A stretch of 64,000 bases of DNA from a virus. Positions 17,892 through 31,700 of this stretch are shown here, piece by piece. The position numbers were made by a program, and so were the translations under genes. The stretch lies in IMG/VR virus record IMGVR_UViG_3300020165_003419, positions 1 through 64,000 of that record, one strand, 5' to 3'. The notes under the pieces are model-generated. The model saw nothing but the letters and a program-made list of their open reading frames with translations. It did no database searches and was not told where the DNA came from. Position 1 is the stretch's first letter, and every line of letters starts with the position of its first letter.

Positions 17892-20800
17892 CTATAACCA
17901 CGAAAAGTTATTCATTTGCATTGGTGCCATCGCGCCGCGCATTGAAAGGATCGACATTTGCAAAGATTGGATGTTTTGTAAGCTGTCACTGTTCCCGGAC
18001 ATATAATCACTAACCGATGCTGTGGCGCTGTAGGCGCCGGAACTGAACATGTTGCCAATGGCCTCAGGTACCAGAGTGGCTAATTCAGAAGGGGTTGAGC
18101 TATTAAGAAAACTCATCATGTCTCCGAATATGTTAGCAATGGTTGAAAAATTTTCTATCATATACAGATGAGAAGAAGCGGCTGAGGCTCCCATATTCCC
18201 GTATGGATCTGTATAATTATTGATATCATCCATATCCGGGAACGTACTGCCTATCTTCCAGGACAGATTATTTAGAATATCGATATTATCCCATTGGAAA
18301 TAGTCAAATCCATATCGACCTTCTATATCCCACATGGTCTCCAGGAACGCGTCAATCATGGCTTCTAAGACGCTGTTACTGAGTTCGTAGGCGTCTTGAA
18401 GTTCCTGTAGCTTAAGAGCCAACGGTTCGTCTGTTACGTCCGGAGTGCCTACCAAATCCTGGTCTGGCGGATCAGGAAGCTCATATTGGCTTGTGGTGAT
18501 CGTCAGGTCAGCAGGGTACAAAGGATAATTATCATATCCAGCATCAGGAGTATAACAATTGTACTCATAGGTGTCAGGCATCAAGGTTTCGTCAGCCCCT
18601 TCACGGACTTTGACGGAGGCATCAAGGGCACCCACGTTAAAGGTAGTTTCTGCGGCGCTGTAATCTTCATCATAAAGAGGGGCATGTCCATAAATGTGTC
18701 CTGCGGTTATAAGCACTTCCCCAACATCGGTAACCATACTGTCAAGAGCTTCTTCAATAAACCCAAATCGACCCCAAGCGTTCTCAATCCCACTAACTGT
18801 GCCCGTATTTGGAGATACACTGTATGTTAATACTTTAATCTCTTCTAATATTAATTCTGAATCTCCACCGTATGTGCCAAAGAAAATGTCTTCAAAAATT
18901 ATTAACTCTACAATTGATTTAAAATATGGAGCATCGGCAGAATCTGGCCAATTTGATAACACGGTATCAATAAAAAATTGATTAAAAAATCCGGTGGTCT
19001 CATTAAAAGAACATTTATCATTGGCTGCGGAGCGGTATTGCTCAAACATAAAAATTGTATTTTCTAATTTATATTTCATATCAAGTATCACTTGGTGGGT
19101 CTTATCTTTCACCAATATAGCTGTTCTAAATGCCCCGCCGCGGCTAGATTCATCTACTTCTTGTGCTAAATCAGCAACAATACTCATGCTATGGGCTCCC
19201 TCGAATCCGTCATAAGCATCACATTTTTGAAATTCAATACACGCTAATCTATAATTTATAGGGTTTTCATCAAAAAAAGTCTCACTAACGTGGAAAGGGT
19301 CTACTCCATCTTGCACTGTAACCGGGCTGAACCCTCTGAGTGCCAAAAACGAATATTCAGTACTTCTGGTCATGGCGTCGGCGCCGCCAAACTCATTGGC
19401 TATCTTAATGCCGTCGTCGCTCTTCATCATCCCTTCTGCTGATTCGTAGACGAGCCCTGCAGCCTCGGGTAATGCATTTTCTACAGTGACATCAAATTTA
19501 TCAAGATTCATGCCCCCGTCGGCATTTCCTCCAACAGTGACAAGATCGGTACCGACAAATTCGGTCCACTGACTGGACCAATCAGTTCTTGTGAGATCAG
19601 GCATGTTTAACACCATAGTTCCTATTGAATATACTGCGTCCATAGCTTCGATGGTTTCGCCGAGTCCAGCCTCCAGGGTAATGGGATATGGATCATCGGG
19701 ATCTCCCCAATATGCTTTAAAGTAACACTGCTCCATTGTAAATAAGCTATTAAGAGTAGCAGAACCAAAGTATTTTTCATATGCTGTAATGTTCAAGTAC
19801 CTAGATGCGATGCTAGTTGTCTTGAGGGCTTTTTCGTAATTAAAAAACATAAAGCCATGGTCGATAAAATTATAATTCCACTGTCCACCTGTACGGGTAT
19901 ATTCCTCATATGCCCAGCTATCGTCGTTTAAACCCACAGCGCCCATAACAATGGGATTGCCCGCTGAGCCGAAGTCTGCGTCAGTGACTTCTGAAATATT
20001 GGCTTCTTCTGGATCGTGCCCCGTTACTTCGGTGTATCTGCTCCACAACGCATTTTCGAGACTAAACAGCTCATAATATGCTTGCTGGTAATCGTCGCCT
20101 ACGTGAGTGCTGGTACCCCCAGAACCATATATGTTGGTCCTCCAATCTTTCACAATTGGATTGGTCATCAATACCTTAGATAATTGTGTTCCTCTTTTTA
20201 ATGTTGTGTTCGTATTATATAGAATTTCAGCAAAAGCATTATAAAATTGCCCTTCAGAAGTAGTCGTACTTTTATCGGGAAATGCTTTTCTGTATTTATT
20301 TATTACTGGTAATATATCTGTAGGGTTTAGTGTTCCTTGCGATAATATATACTGAAAAGAAAGGGTTGTATCTGCGGAGATTGCAGAATCTGTTACTGCG
20401 GTTGTCATGCTCGATATCACAGACTCAAGAGGGGTACTTGTTGAATCATAGTAAGTCCCGTCTAAGGATCTCATCGCTTCCTGGTAAACTCTGCCATTAG
20501 CATCGACGTAAGCCACCGCGGGATCCCGTGCGACTTCATCGTTTGTAATAACTAATATATGGTTGGTGGCTGAAATACTGTTTTCCCAATACACTACTTC
20601 TGAACTTTCTGAAATAACAGCATCGCGAATTTCGTGATGAATATTTTCAATTGAGCGACCGCGGTCGCCAAACCATGGAGCAGTGAATGCTACAAATCCC
20701 ATATTTTTAATTCCAATTTGATTTTCTCTTCCATATACTGCAGGCGAAAACTGGCTACCGTTAATAGTGTGCTCTGCAGAAAGTTTTAAGATTACTGAGC

Positions 20801-21689
20801 CATCTTCTTTTTGTAGCACATCCGTTATATTGGCTGCGAAATCGGTGAAGTGCTTTGATACCGGCGCTGTTTTTGCGTGTATTTTCACTATTTGCATATT
20901 TGGTATTAATCCCGACTCATTAACGGGTGTTGGGAAGAAATCTGCTGGGTATGTGAGGTGCCCAAACAATGCGATAACTAAAGGGTAGTCATTATTTTCT
21001 ATTGCTTGATTGATTAAATCGATAATGACCGATCTAAGTTTAGAGTCGTAGGCGGTGGAATCCGCATCTGCCCACTCACCAGTAGTCATACCCGAAGGGA
21101 TGGCGCCGCCGGCTGACGCTACCGAATCTTCTACATAGTCAATTATTTGGGGAAATGTGGCGGAGTGTTGTTCCCCCTCCGAGTTCAATGGGAGCGAGTA
21201 TTCGGCAAAAAGATTCGTGTAAACTGCCATATGAGTATACACTTCAGACAGATCGGCTTCGCCCTGATTAAACACAAAATTAGTTACTATTTCTGTAAAC
21301 TCACTTTCATACGACGGATCGGACATCGTAGAAGTGTTTTCACCGTAAAAGTATCTAATAGGTGATACTTTGTGTTGAGTGTAATCTGTCCACGCAGAAG
21401 TAGATAAGTCTGTGAATAAGTTTTCTGTGAATTCGGGAGCTATCCCGCATGCGTCTGTATTTGAATTTCTATCAAATAATGCCATTATAACTATAGCTAA
21501 ATTATTAAAAGTTTCAAGATAGGCTGCCCCCTGATCAAAAGCGTAGTCTTGTTTCTGAACAGGTATATACATGGACGTCATTATTACTATTTTGTTGTCA
21601 TGTATTTCTACACTCTCCATATAAGGCACAGGAAGCGGAGTGTTTATACTTTCTTCCCCCATTGAGGCGATAAATTGTTTTATGGACAT
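17892..21689 (-). CDS. Large acidic hypothetical virion protein
   Basis: 1265-aa ORF overlapping the upstream stop. Confidence 0.55.
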   Translation of the reverse strand: MSIKQFIASMGEESINTPLPVPYMESVEIHDNKIVIMTSMYIPVQKQDYAFDQGAAYLETFNNLAIVIMALFDRNSNTDACGIAPEFTENLFTDLSTSAWTDYTQHKVSPIRYFYGENTSTMSDPSYESEFTEIVTNFVFNQGEADLSEVYTHMAVYTNLFAEYSLPLNSEGEQHSATFPQIIDYVEDSVASAGGAIPSGMTTGEWADADSTAYDSKLRSVIIDLINQAIENNDYPLVIALFGHLTYPADFFPTPVNESGLIPNMQIVKIHAKTAPVSKHFTDFAANITDVLQKEDGSVILKLSAEHTINGSQFSPAVYGRENQIGIKNMGFVAFTAPWFGDRGRSIENIHHEIRDAVISESSEVVYWENSISATNHILVITNDEVARDPAVAYVDANGRVYQEAMRSLDGTYYDSTSTPLESVISSMTTAVTDSAISADTTLSFQYILSQGTLNPTDILPVINKYRKAFPDKSTTTSEGQFYNAFAEILYNTNTTLKRGTQLSKVLMTNPIVKDWRTNIYGSGGTSTHVGDDYQQAYYELFSLENALWSRYTEVTGHDPEEANISEVTDADFGSAGNPIVMGAVGLNDDSWAYEEYTRTGGQWNYNFIDHGFMFFNYEKALKTTSIASRYLNITAYEKYFGSATLNSLFTMEQCYFKAYWGDPDDPYPITLEAGLGETIEAMDAVYSIGTMVLNMPDLTRTDWSSQWTEFVGTDLVTVGGNADGGMNLDKFDVTVENALPEAAGLVYESAEGMMKSDDGIKIANEFGGADAMTRSTEYSFLALRGFSPVTVQDGVDPFHVSETFFDENPINYRLACIEFQKCDAYDGFEGAHSMSIVADLAQEVDESSRGGAFRTAILVKDKTHQVILDMKYKLENTIFMFEQYRSAANDKCSFNETTGFFNQFFIDTVLSNWPDSADAPYFKSIVELIIFEDIFFGTYGGDSELILEEIKVLTYSVSPNTGTVSGIENAWGRFGFIEEALDSMVTDVGEVLITAGHIYGHAPLYDEDYSAAETTFNVGALDASVKVREGADETLMPDTYEYNCYTPDAGYDNYPLYPADLTITTSQYELPDPPDQDLVGTPDVTDEPLALKLQELQDAYELSNSVLEAMIDAFLETMWDIEGRYGFDYFQWDNIDILNNLSWKIGSTFPDMDDINNYTDPYGNMGASAASSHLYMIENFSTIANIFGDMMSFLNSSTPSELATLVPEAIGNMFSSGAYSATASVSDYMSGNSDSLQNIQSLQMSILSMRGAMAPMQMNNFSWL

Positions 21690-22744
21690 ATTTCTGGCTC
21701 CGTTACAGGACCGTAAAGGTCTACGTAGATATTTGAGTCTTCATTCGTCTCAGTACAGTCGAAATCTAAATCAACATAATAGCTTTCTCTATTAAAAATT
21801 TCCGCATTTTTGCATGCGATTTCAGGATCAATTTGATGATCTTTGAGCATATCAAAATAATACCCAACACTGGACGTTGTGTAGTTTAAATCAATATTTC
21901 TTATATCATCATCAATTGGATCAAATGCGTTCAATGACTCTTCCGTCATCATTGAGCCCATAATTCTTTGATGATCTTCTTTAAAGTATTTTCTCTTAAA
22001 CGCATCTCTTTTTTCAAGATGAGAACCGCCCAATGAGGCTCCATCATCTTCAATTTCAAAAATTTCAATATCAAAGTTTTCAGTAAGCATGTCTGTGTTT
22101 AGTTCTTCAACATAAACTAACAAATCATCACTAATAAGTTCAATTATTTTATTGTCTCTGAATGTTCTGGTTCGAGAAATTGCTTTCCTAAGACTCTGCT
22201 CTCTCAGCTCAACGCCATAATTTGCGGCTGCTATTGTTTTTTCATAATTCAATTCGATATTTACTTGTGGTATTTTAATATCATTTTTGTGGTCCGACGG
22301 TTCTGTGCTGGTTATTTTTCCGTTCAGTGTTACTACCTTCCATCCGGGAGCAATTTGCTGCTCTCCATCTAGGTGAGCATCTCCGATCATAGACGTATAA
22401 CGATAAGAATCTTTTTTAGGAGTTATCTGTATTGGGCTAACATCAACTTCAAAGTAATTTATATCAGAACCCTCTTGTGTAATTGGTGGATTTGTATTAG
22501 TCAAGACATCTTCGATATTCTCAAATAGCACCAAGCCTTCCATATATTGAGTATCTTTTTTAATTCTTTGCCCTATTTCACTTTGAGCCTCAGTTATTCC
22601 TGCATAATTTCCATCATAGATAATATTATCATCAAAAAAAGCATAGTAACTTGGCTGGAATGTTCCTAAAGACATCAAGTGTCGACCGTACGGTGTCAAT
22701 TGTATATCAAAAACTTGTTCTTTTTTGTTTATAAATTTAGCCAT
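21680..22744 (-). CDS. Virion structural protein
   Basis: N-terminus KKEQVFDIQLTPYGRHLMS...YAFFDDNIIY resembles the IILDAVLTDVGR...FALGDDEINY family. Confidence 0.55.
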   Translation of the reverse strand: MAKFINKKEQVFDIQLTPYGRHLMSLGTFQPSYYAFFDDNIIYDGNYAGITEAQSEIGQRIKKDTQYMEGLVLFENIEDVLTNTNPPITQEGSDINYFEVDVSPIQITPKKDSYRYTSMIGDAHLDGEQQIAPGWKVVTLNGKITSTEPSDHKNDIKIPQVNIELNYEKTIAAANYGVELREQSLRKAISRTRTFRDNKIIELISDDLLVYVEELNTDMLTENFDIEIFEIEDDGASLGGSHLEKRDAFKRKYFKEDHQRIMGSMMTEESLNAFDPIDDDIRNIDLNYTTSSVGYYFDMLKDHQIDPEIACKNAEIFNRESYYVDLDFDCTETNEDSNIYVDLYGPVTEPEICP

Positions 22745-25700
22745 CAGTAATTTCCTATATTATTACCACTGGGCGCCCCGGCGGTGGCCGCTGGTGCCGC
22801 GGCTTGTGTTGGTGCCGAAGACATCTGTGTTCGAGTGGCGGATACATTTGTATTTAGGACTTGCCCACTTGGAATTGTTGCAAGACTTTGCGTCGGAGAT
22901 GCCGTATATGTAGCAGCACTAGCAGCAGTTATATTGCCTTCAGAACTAATTGAACCGCCGTAATTTACCGAGGTATTTTTACCCGAGTTTTCGGGTCTGT
23001 TATTAAAGAGTACCTCTGTGTCCATATTAATTGACTCGATTATGGAACAGAAATCATACGGCCAATTAAACTGCATTGGGCTATCATCATCCCTGCTGAT
23101 TGTCTCCGAAGAGCCGGCTTGACGATTAACATAGTCATAGTAATCTGCCTGGGAACGTTGTTTTACTTTGAAAACCATCCATCTCATGTTCGTATTATTT
23201 AAAATGTCGCCGGCTTCTAAGGGATAGCCAGCAGATAACCTGTGTTCTGCGACTGCAGTTTTAAAGAATCCTTTCTCGTGGTTTCTCGGCATTAAATTTT
23301 GCCACATATACGATAAGTCATCTTTATCAAAGGTATAGCTAAATTCAAAGAAATACATCACAACCGGGGCGGCATTATCAGGATAGTTAATAAAGTCGAA
23401 CTGCGGAGGCAAAATATATTTGTTCATTGTTTGCGTTTGTTTGTTGATAACTGCTGCAGCGTCTGGTGAGGTTGACTCGCCGGCGGCAGGTAGCCTAAAC
23501 AAGTATTTTCCATTAAAGTTGCTGAATGTTTGCGAATCTTTTAAATTTTCGCTCGTAGATTCAACCACATAGGGAATCGCGACGATAGCTTCGTTTATAG
23601 TATGAGAGTCTTTCAGTTCTCCAATTCTAGAGTTTGTTTTGGTTTTCTTAAACCCGCACAGATCGCGAAGAGAGCCGACTTGCCCTTCTTTCGCTAATGC
23701 ACCGGCGTAATCAGGAATACCATCGTTATAAATACTACCAGACAACCTTACTTGGTAATGGTTTCTAAGCCAGTTTTTAGGCATGTCATCGATTTCAACA
23801 AACACCCCTGTTTTCTTATCACGCGGAATTTCGCCGAATTGATGCCACATTCCGTTAGGAGCAGAAGCGCTTCCAAATGTTGGCAACGTCTTAGTAGATG
23901 TTCGATAATTTAATAAAACATTACCTTTCGTTCGATCAATAGAAGAACTAACCGGCATCTGCTGATACTTGTCGCTAAAGTTGAGCATTGGGGTTTCAAA
24001 TTTTGTACTAATGATCCATCGCTTACCAACAACTTCATTGGTTTGTTCGGCTGCAACATCACTTTTTAGACCATTTGCGTTGTTTGCCGAATTTGCCGAA
24101 GTGCCGGTAGTTTCTTTAAACACCCTTTCAACACCAAATAAGTTGAGGCTCGCACTAAGTTGCATTGAATTGCCATTAATGCTGGATCCAGCGTACGGGG
24201 CTGTACTCACTACTTCTCCCTGACCTTTATATTTTGGATCATGGATAAGACTTGTGTATTCTTGATTTGCTATATATCCATATTTAGGACGGTAACTTGT
24301 GTTGCTCCCGATTGAACCAGAGGCGCCGACTTGAGATGAAATATGATTAGCAGAATAGGTAATACCATAGCCTTTTAATTTCGGTCCAGGATCCACTCTC
24401 CAATAGTTAACCGTTGTCTCAGCCAAGATTCTTTCAAGATCGTAAGCGACGTCGCCTTTAGGTCGGAATATTAAATCTGCCCACGATTCACCGTGATAGT
24501 ATGGCGGAGTGAAGGACCAGTTATATCCTTTAACAGAGTCCATAATCTGATATGTGTCTCCAGAACCAGATCTGTGTGCACTGCTAGTGTATGCTGAGAT
24601 TGGGGTAAGACCCTGTGACGTAGTCGGAAAATAGCTGTGACTAGATGTTACGTTTCCAGCATGACCAGCGACCGGCGGACCAAACGCGGTAGGTCGACTA
24701 TACATTGTAAATGTTTCATTAAAGTTCGGCGCAAACATTGGATCCTGCGGCAACTCGAAATAAGAGCCTTGGTCATACATAATTGCAGCAGTGTCAGTGG
24801 GACCGGTAGATAGTCTAGGTAACAGCGCTGTTCCACCGCCTTGAGTGTATGACTCAGGCATGAAGGAACCACTTTCGAAACTATAATCTCTTGAGCCGGT
24901 CACCGAACGACGCATTTTTACTCTAGCCATGAAAACAGAACCGGTTTCAAATCGGTAGTCGTCTTTGTACACAGTTTCTGATTTTAACGAGGTAAACTCC
25001 GAGTTCTTTAAGTAAAAATCAGCCACCCCTCCAAAGAAGTTTTTAGCCATCAAGGTATAAGTTGGATCCGAACTTGCTTCATAGGATGCCACTGCGTTTA
25101 TAGTAGCCGAAGGGTGAGCTTCACAGTCAGCAAACTGTGTATTGGCCATCATATTGGGTTCGATAATTGCTTCAAATGGGACTCTTTGATCCCAAAACGA
25201 TCCATACCCACGATCAAGTCTGTTTGCCGGCACTACGCCTTTTTCTAAACTTCCAGATGAACTGGCAGTCATAAATTCTTCAGTTCTTGTATTGATCATA
25301 TAATCTGACATAATCGGCACGTGCGGACCACAGTTTGTGGTTGTGGCTGCATAGTCGCCTGTTGATGCAGTGTATGATGTATTTATATAATGGCTCCCAA
25401 CCAGCATTTTATATCTGTTGTATAAAATAGGATAGTCTACAGCTATTCCGGACTTAATTGTGTTATATAAGATACCGGGAGCAAAGTATGTTTGCATTAC
25501 TGGTCTAAATCCGCCGGGTACTACATTAAATACATTTTTTCCAGCATAAGCGTTGGAGCCGGCAGCTGCAGCAATTTTAACTTTAGTTCTTGCGTGGTTT
25601 TCGTAAGAGTTTTTAAATTCGGACACCAAATCCATTGTTCTTTGAGAGGGGAAGAATCCCTTGTATGGATGGAATTTTATAGATGCGGAGCACACTAATC

Positions 25701-28700
25701 TTATTTCTGCCGGATTAAGTCCAGAATTGCTTCCTACTTCTGCAAAATATTTCAGGAAATCTGAGTTCGAGTAATCGATGTAGAAGCCTTGCTGCGAACT
25801 ATTAATTGAAGATCCTGGGATATCAAAATAATCTTGTTTGCCTTCAGAAAATGGACTGCCGTAACTCAAGTAGTCCGGTAAGTTCCTACTGATCCTGTAC
25901 TCTGGTACTATTGATCTGCCTCTAGATTGCAACCTAATTGATTCAACAAACTTAGCATATGAGTCGTACGCCGGCGCTGTGGGGGTAAACTTGCCGCGGT
26001 ACCGAGTCCGTCCCTGATCCTTATAGTTGGGTAGAACATCTGAAATTATCACCGCATTCTTATTGGCTTCCCACAGAGCCTCTCCTGCAAATATCTCGGA
26101 GGCGGAGGAGATAAGCCATGGCGTGGCTGCTGGACCTGCAGCCCGACTAAATCCCAATCTAGCAGTTTGCGAGTTTGGCGCAACGCCATTACGTCCGGCT
26201 AATGTATTGGTTATTGAGTTTGGATTAATGACCGATAACGGTGAACTAAGTAGATGCTTTCTTGCGTACAAAGGTGATGCTACAGCATTATAAGCTCGAT
26301 ATACATCTCTTGCAAAAAAAGTACCCTGACCGGTGGGGGCGCCAGGATATTTATTAGATTCGATAAAGAATGATTGCCAGTCATTTTGAAGTTCGCCGGC
26401 GGAACCGGTCCCGAGCCAATCGTAATTACGTTGAGGCGCTTCACCCCATCGAGCTATGATTTGTGCAGTATTTTTATTTTCAGCCGAGGGTCCTCTTCTG
26501 GTTAAGAAGTGTGTTGGTGCGTCCAAAGCCCAGGCACTCGCAGAAACTTTATATCCAAGTGCACTTGTCCGGACGTAAGCACCAGTGACTTGAGTGAAGT
26601 AAGTGCCAGTATAAAGGTCAGCACCCAATATGTTTCTTTGTTCTCGGTTGCTGTGCCAGTAATCATTTGAATAGTTGAGTCGCTGTGTAGAATGGCTAAC
26701 AAACTCATTTCTTGATGCGGGGTAAGAAGCTTCAGAATATTTAATATAGTTAATATTCGTGATTGAAGGTGCTTGATACGATGCTATAACAACAGCTTGC
26801 AACGGCGTTACTCTTTCGTTAGCAGTGACACTTATTAATCTATTGTCTAACTCTGTTGTAGCAAAATATTGAGGCTGGTGAGTAGTTTTTAACTTGTGTC
26901 GTTGACCGGTAACATCTTGAATACCTATTTCTTGTATTTTCTGTCGGAAAGATACTGGTTGCATGTTATAGGTTCTTGGCGCCTGATCAATCATGATCTG
27001 CAGTTTGTTTTCTTTTCTCTGCTCTCTGATAATCGGATGTTGTGCTTGTCGCGTTTGTTTCCAGGAGGGGAAACCGTACTGGTTGCCACGCTTAAACATA
27101 AGATTGTTGAAAGCATTAGGAGAACGTGAAAGTGGGACAACTTTTACGAGTGCATCAGCATTGTTGATATAATCAATGATATGAGTTGTCCCTTGTCCCA
27201 AAGTGTTAGTAGAGGAGGTAAGCGGCTCATAAATATTTAAGTTTAAATCGCTAACTTGTTGCAAGTAGCCGGCGCCGTTGGAAGCTCGATACCCAAATCT
27301 GCGCGCTGCCATGGTTGGGTCATAACTGCCGATCTCACTGGCACTGACAAAGTTGTATGCATCGATATACCCAGCTGAGCTTGAAATCTTAAAGTCTGTG
27401 GGGACAAAACCAACATGTCCGTTAGTGGAGACTAAGGATGCGGTAATCCAGGCATATTGTCTTGAAGAACGTGGAATTTGATGTTTAACAAAGAAGTTAT
27501 CATACAATGAACTAGATTTGAACGTGCGCTGGGTTTCGTATCTAGATATTGGAGGAGTACAGCCAGCCAATGGTGCTGGAATTTCATTCCTGTATGCATT
27601 TGACATAGTTAATGTGTTGAAATTTGTATTAACAGCCGACATCGGAAACAAGTTCCTAGAGTTTTCTGGCTTCCAGTCCCAAACTACATTCGATCCACTA
27701 ACAAATACGCCAGTGTTTGAAGTGTTGAGTTTATCATCCCTCTCTGCACCACCCATTTTATACCAAGCGTACAGTGTAGCGCTTGAACTAACGTATGGAG
27801 CCGAGGAAGTAACATCACAGGGAGTTCCGCCATTATATAAAGCAGCAACGTCTGTAGCCCTTAAAGAGCCAACCCACAGAGTAACTTGATCCATCGAGCC
27901 AGTAAATATACTGCTACCGCCTCCGGTACCGGTGCCGTCTGATTGCCCACCTATAACCAGTGCTGTTTGTCCGTCTCTTTTTACCTTTGAGCGAACTTGA
28001 TATGTACCGACAACCCTTTTTGCGTCGAATCGGTTATTTGGAGATGTGCCTGTTATAACATTCAATGCGGCGCCGTCGATGTACATAGCGACATCCGTGC
28101 CAATGTATCCGGCGCCATTGGTGCTTGATGTTGGACAAACGACTGCAAGATGATGCCAGTTTCCATCGTCGAGAACACTAGACGTTATATAATACTGTGC
28201 GAGTGCCGCGGTGCCGCCATGAGGATCCGTTGCTCTTGTTCGTGCAAAAAGTTCCAATCGATGAGCATTAGAAACATAATTTTTCTTTATTTCAAAAAAC
28301 GGATCGCCGCCGGCGCCTGATTTTCCGAGATTGTATAGGTGCCCTTGATTAAAGGCGGGACTAAATCTAATCCACGCTGCGTAGCTGAACCCGCTGGCTC
28401 TTGAAGACGTTAAAAAAGTGCTTGCCGAGGCTGAGTCTGCATTAATTAATTGCATGCCGCGGCTGGCGTCTGTGCCCCAGTAAAGAGATTTGTCATTAAT
28501 CAGGCGTGGTCCGGTTCGAACCCCGACTACAGTTTCGGTAAGCACCTTATCTCTTTGTAAATTATTGCGGTGTACTTTGTGCATTCCGGGTAATTCTGCG
28601 TATGATGCCCCGGGATTTAATGCAAGATTCGAGTCGCGACCGAACCGAGCTGTATGGCGTGCGAGGTGTGAACGGAGTCCAAAGTCTAGATTGTGTATAT

Positions 28701-31700
28701 CGTTGACTCTGATTCCGTATGTTTCAGAGATAGTTCCGCTCGGACCTTGAGATGGCTTGAGAACTGAAAGATTCTTATAGTTCAAAGCGTTATAAACCGA
28801 GAACTCATCTGCTCTAAAGTCGGTGTATCCGGGTGTCATTACCTCAATGCCACCAGGGGCCGAGAATTTTGTTTTAATGACAGATTTGTTAGCTGTGCCG
28901 GTTAAGTATCCAACGTTGTATTCATTAACAAAGTTGAAATGTTCTCGGTCAACTGTATCATAATCTCTTGTTGGTTTTGTGTCTAAGAACGTACGTACTG
29001 ATGTTGAGCTTGTTGCAGCGCCTTGAAATACGTTAGTCGGAAGCACTGGTAGATTTTCAATAAACTGCCTTGGGTTGGAGTGGGCTCCAAACGTGCTAAC
29101 AATTTCGTATGTGTTTGTATAGTTACCGAGTTTTGTCGAACCCGTAATCCTAATATTCTTAAAGTTAAAAGGTCTTTTTGCAACCATATCGCGATAGTGT
29201 GTTGCTCTCGGATAATCAGCGTGAGGGTATGGCTGGTTTGCGCCTGGAGGCGCGACATAATCTGGTGACATCGGATAGTCTGCACCGACCATACCGATGG
29301 CTCCGGAAACACTGGCTGCACAGGCACCCAGCAAAATTCTCCACGCTTCAGGGCGATTGTTATTATTATCTGTACCTGTATTTAAGGGAGTATGCCTGTG
29401 TTGATTTCCTCCGACATTGTGTTCCGTAAAAATTCCTTGTAATGGCTTTTCTTGATCCTCGCCATATACATCGTTGTGTAAGTTCGTGATTTCTATATTA
29501 AGCCCAAGACCAGCTTGGACATCAGACTGATATCCACTGTTTAAAGAGGAGCTAATTATATTAAACGGAAACGCTTTACTCGATTTAACATGGTAATAAC
29601 CGTCTTTGTCGTCATGGTGTCGACCGTAATCAACAGGAACTACTCTTTTAATTTTCTTAGCAGGAGTCTTGCTGGGATCTTTAAAATCAGTGATCGCTAG
29701 GAAATCGTCGTTAAAAGACAGCAGTATGTTTTGAGGAACAAAGACTCCGCCTTTTTGATTAACTGGTCCGCCGGGATATAACGCTGCTTTTGAGAATTCA
29801 ATATTTTTATCTATAGAAAAGTTTGTACCACCTTTATAAGTTCTTGCGTTAGGTATATCAGATGAAAAAATATTCGTTTGTTGGAAATTCTTGTTTGCAA
29901 ATTTCTTTGGTGTGTATTTGGTAGAAGCGTTGCTGACAATTATGTTATCTCTGCTGGAAGACAATACTGGTCTTGAGTTGATAACCTCTCTGAATTTCTC
30001 TCTCTGGTTATCGATATTTGCATCGCCCGAACTAATTTCGACTGAACTACGTTCAGCGCGCATTTTCCAATAATCAACTTGTTTAGTGGTCTTACGTGGA
30101 GAAGTTGGTAGCGTTGTAAACCCAGTTTCATATGGATAATTCTTTTCGCCAACACCATACATGGCTGCTTCTGGATCGGGCTGCTTCGCTTCCAAAGTAG
30201 GGAATGGTGTTCTGTATTTGTTTCTTTCTAAGACATGACTCTCAACCAAGTTAGTGATGCCATCTACAAAATTAGCGGAAGCGGGCACTAATTGAGAAAA
30301 TATTTCAGTTATTGCAGTATCAAACCACTTGTAATAATTGATGAATTTTTCAATATCCTTTGTGTCTTTTACGCGACGGAAAAAAGCTTCACGCAATTTT
30401 TCTAAATCTTTGTAACGACCGCGATATCTATTAACAGGGGCGCCTATTGTGTTGTTAAAGTCTACGATTCCAGAGAAAAAGATCAACATTTCTTCAGAGA
30501 TTGCGCGGTACATACTTTTCTCTGCTGTAATGACATAATTTGGAATTGTCTGTTCGAAGCCTAAAAGCTCGTCATCATCATTCAAAATACTGATCATTTC
30601 AGAAGAAACAACTTCTTCGGGATCTACAAACTTAAAAGAATTAACTCTTTCTCTGTCTATCACATTAGTCGATGAAGCATCAAAGAAATTTCCATAGCCA
30701 CTGTATTGATACCCTGTTAGTTTACCAAGCCAACCATAATTTTCTCTAATAACTGAGGAGCCTGAACTAAAGTCTTGAGTTACAAAATTGCCTGCTGCGT
30801 TTGAGCTTGTGAGAGCATCGAAATTCCATTCTAATACCAAGGTATCTTTGTTTAAGTTGTCAACCATGTTGGTTGAAGTATCGAGGGCAGAAATATTTTT
30901 ATAAGAACCAGAAACACCAGAGTTGTTTACATCGTATAAATGAAGCTCTAAATCTGAATTTTCAAGATGTTTGGCCCAATATTTAACATTTGAAATTTTA
31001 ACATCTGAATTGGAAACTAAAGTACCTGTAAGGTTGTTTCTATAAGCACCTGCATAAAGTCTTTTATGGTTTGTTAAGAAGTTAGAACCAGTTGTTGCAG
31101 ATATCGAACTACTAACTTGGAATGAATCTTTAATCGTGCCCAATACAGAGTGGACACCTCGGAATATCAAATCATAGCCCAGACTTGAACCACTAACAAA
31201 GCCGGTCAATCCCACAGACTTGGGCTTTAAGCGGACAGAAAGGTTCCATCTATTGTTATCATAGACACCCTTGAAAAGACTACTCGTTAAAGTCGGAAAA
31301 GGGTTGGCTGAGCCTGACGACTCTAGTTTGAAACGTACGTTTTTTGAATTTGAAGCGTCTCGAACAGCATAGACTTGAAAGTTTGCTAAACGACTTATCG
31401 AACCAGTGCGTGGTGTGGAAGTGTTCGTTCCTTTTTGGTGAGCCGGGTTAACCGGGTGTGCTAACTGTACAGCGCCGAATAACGATACTTGGGTGAAGGA
31501 ACGGTCGACTCGATCTTTCGTATTAAAAAACTTAGGAAAGATAACATCGGCTTCTGCTGTAAACCCGTAGTTTTTTTCGTAGGCACCGCCGGTGTAGCCT
31601 TGAATCGATGAACCTGATATGAATCCTCTCGAATCTTGATTAGTTGAGGCACTTCTCTGGTAAACAACTGCACTGGTTTGGGACGCTTTATTGAAGTTTG

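Noticed and set aside
22744-22960. Ala/Thr/Pro-rich, GC-richer tail of the 3906-aa gene as a possible repeat element
   Set aside because: It is low-complexity protein coding with no discrete nucleotide repeat unit.
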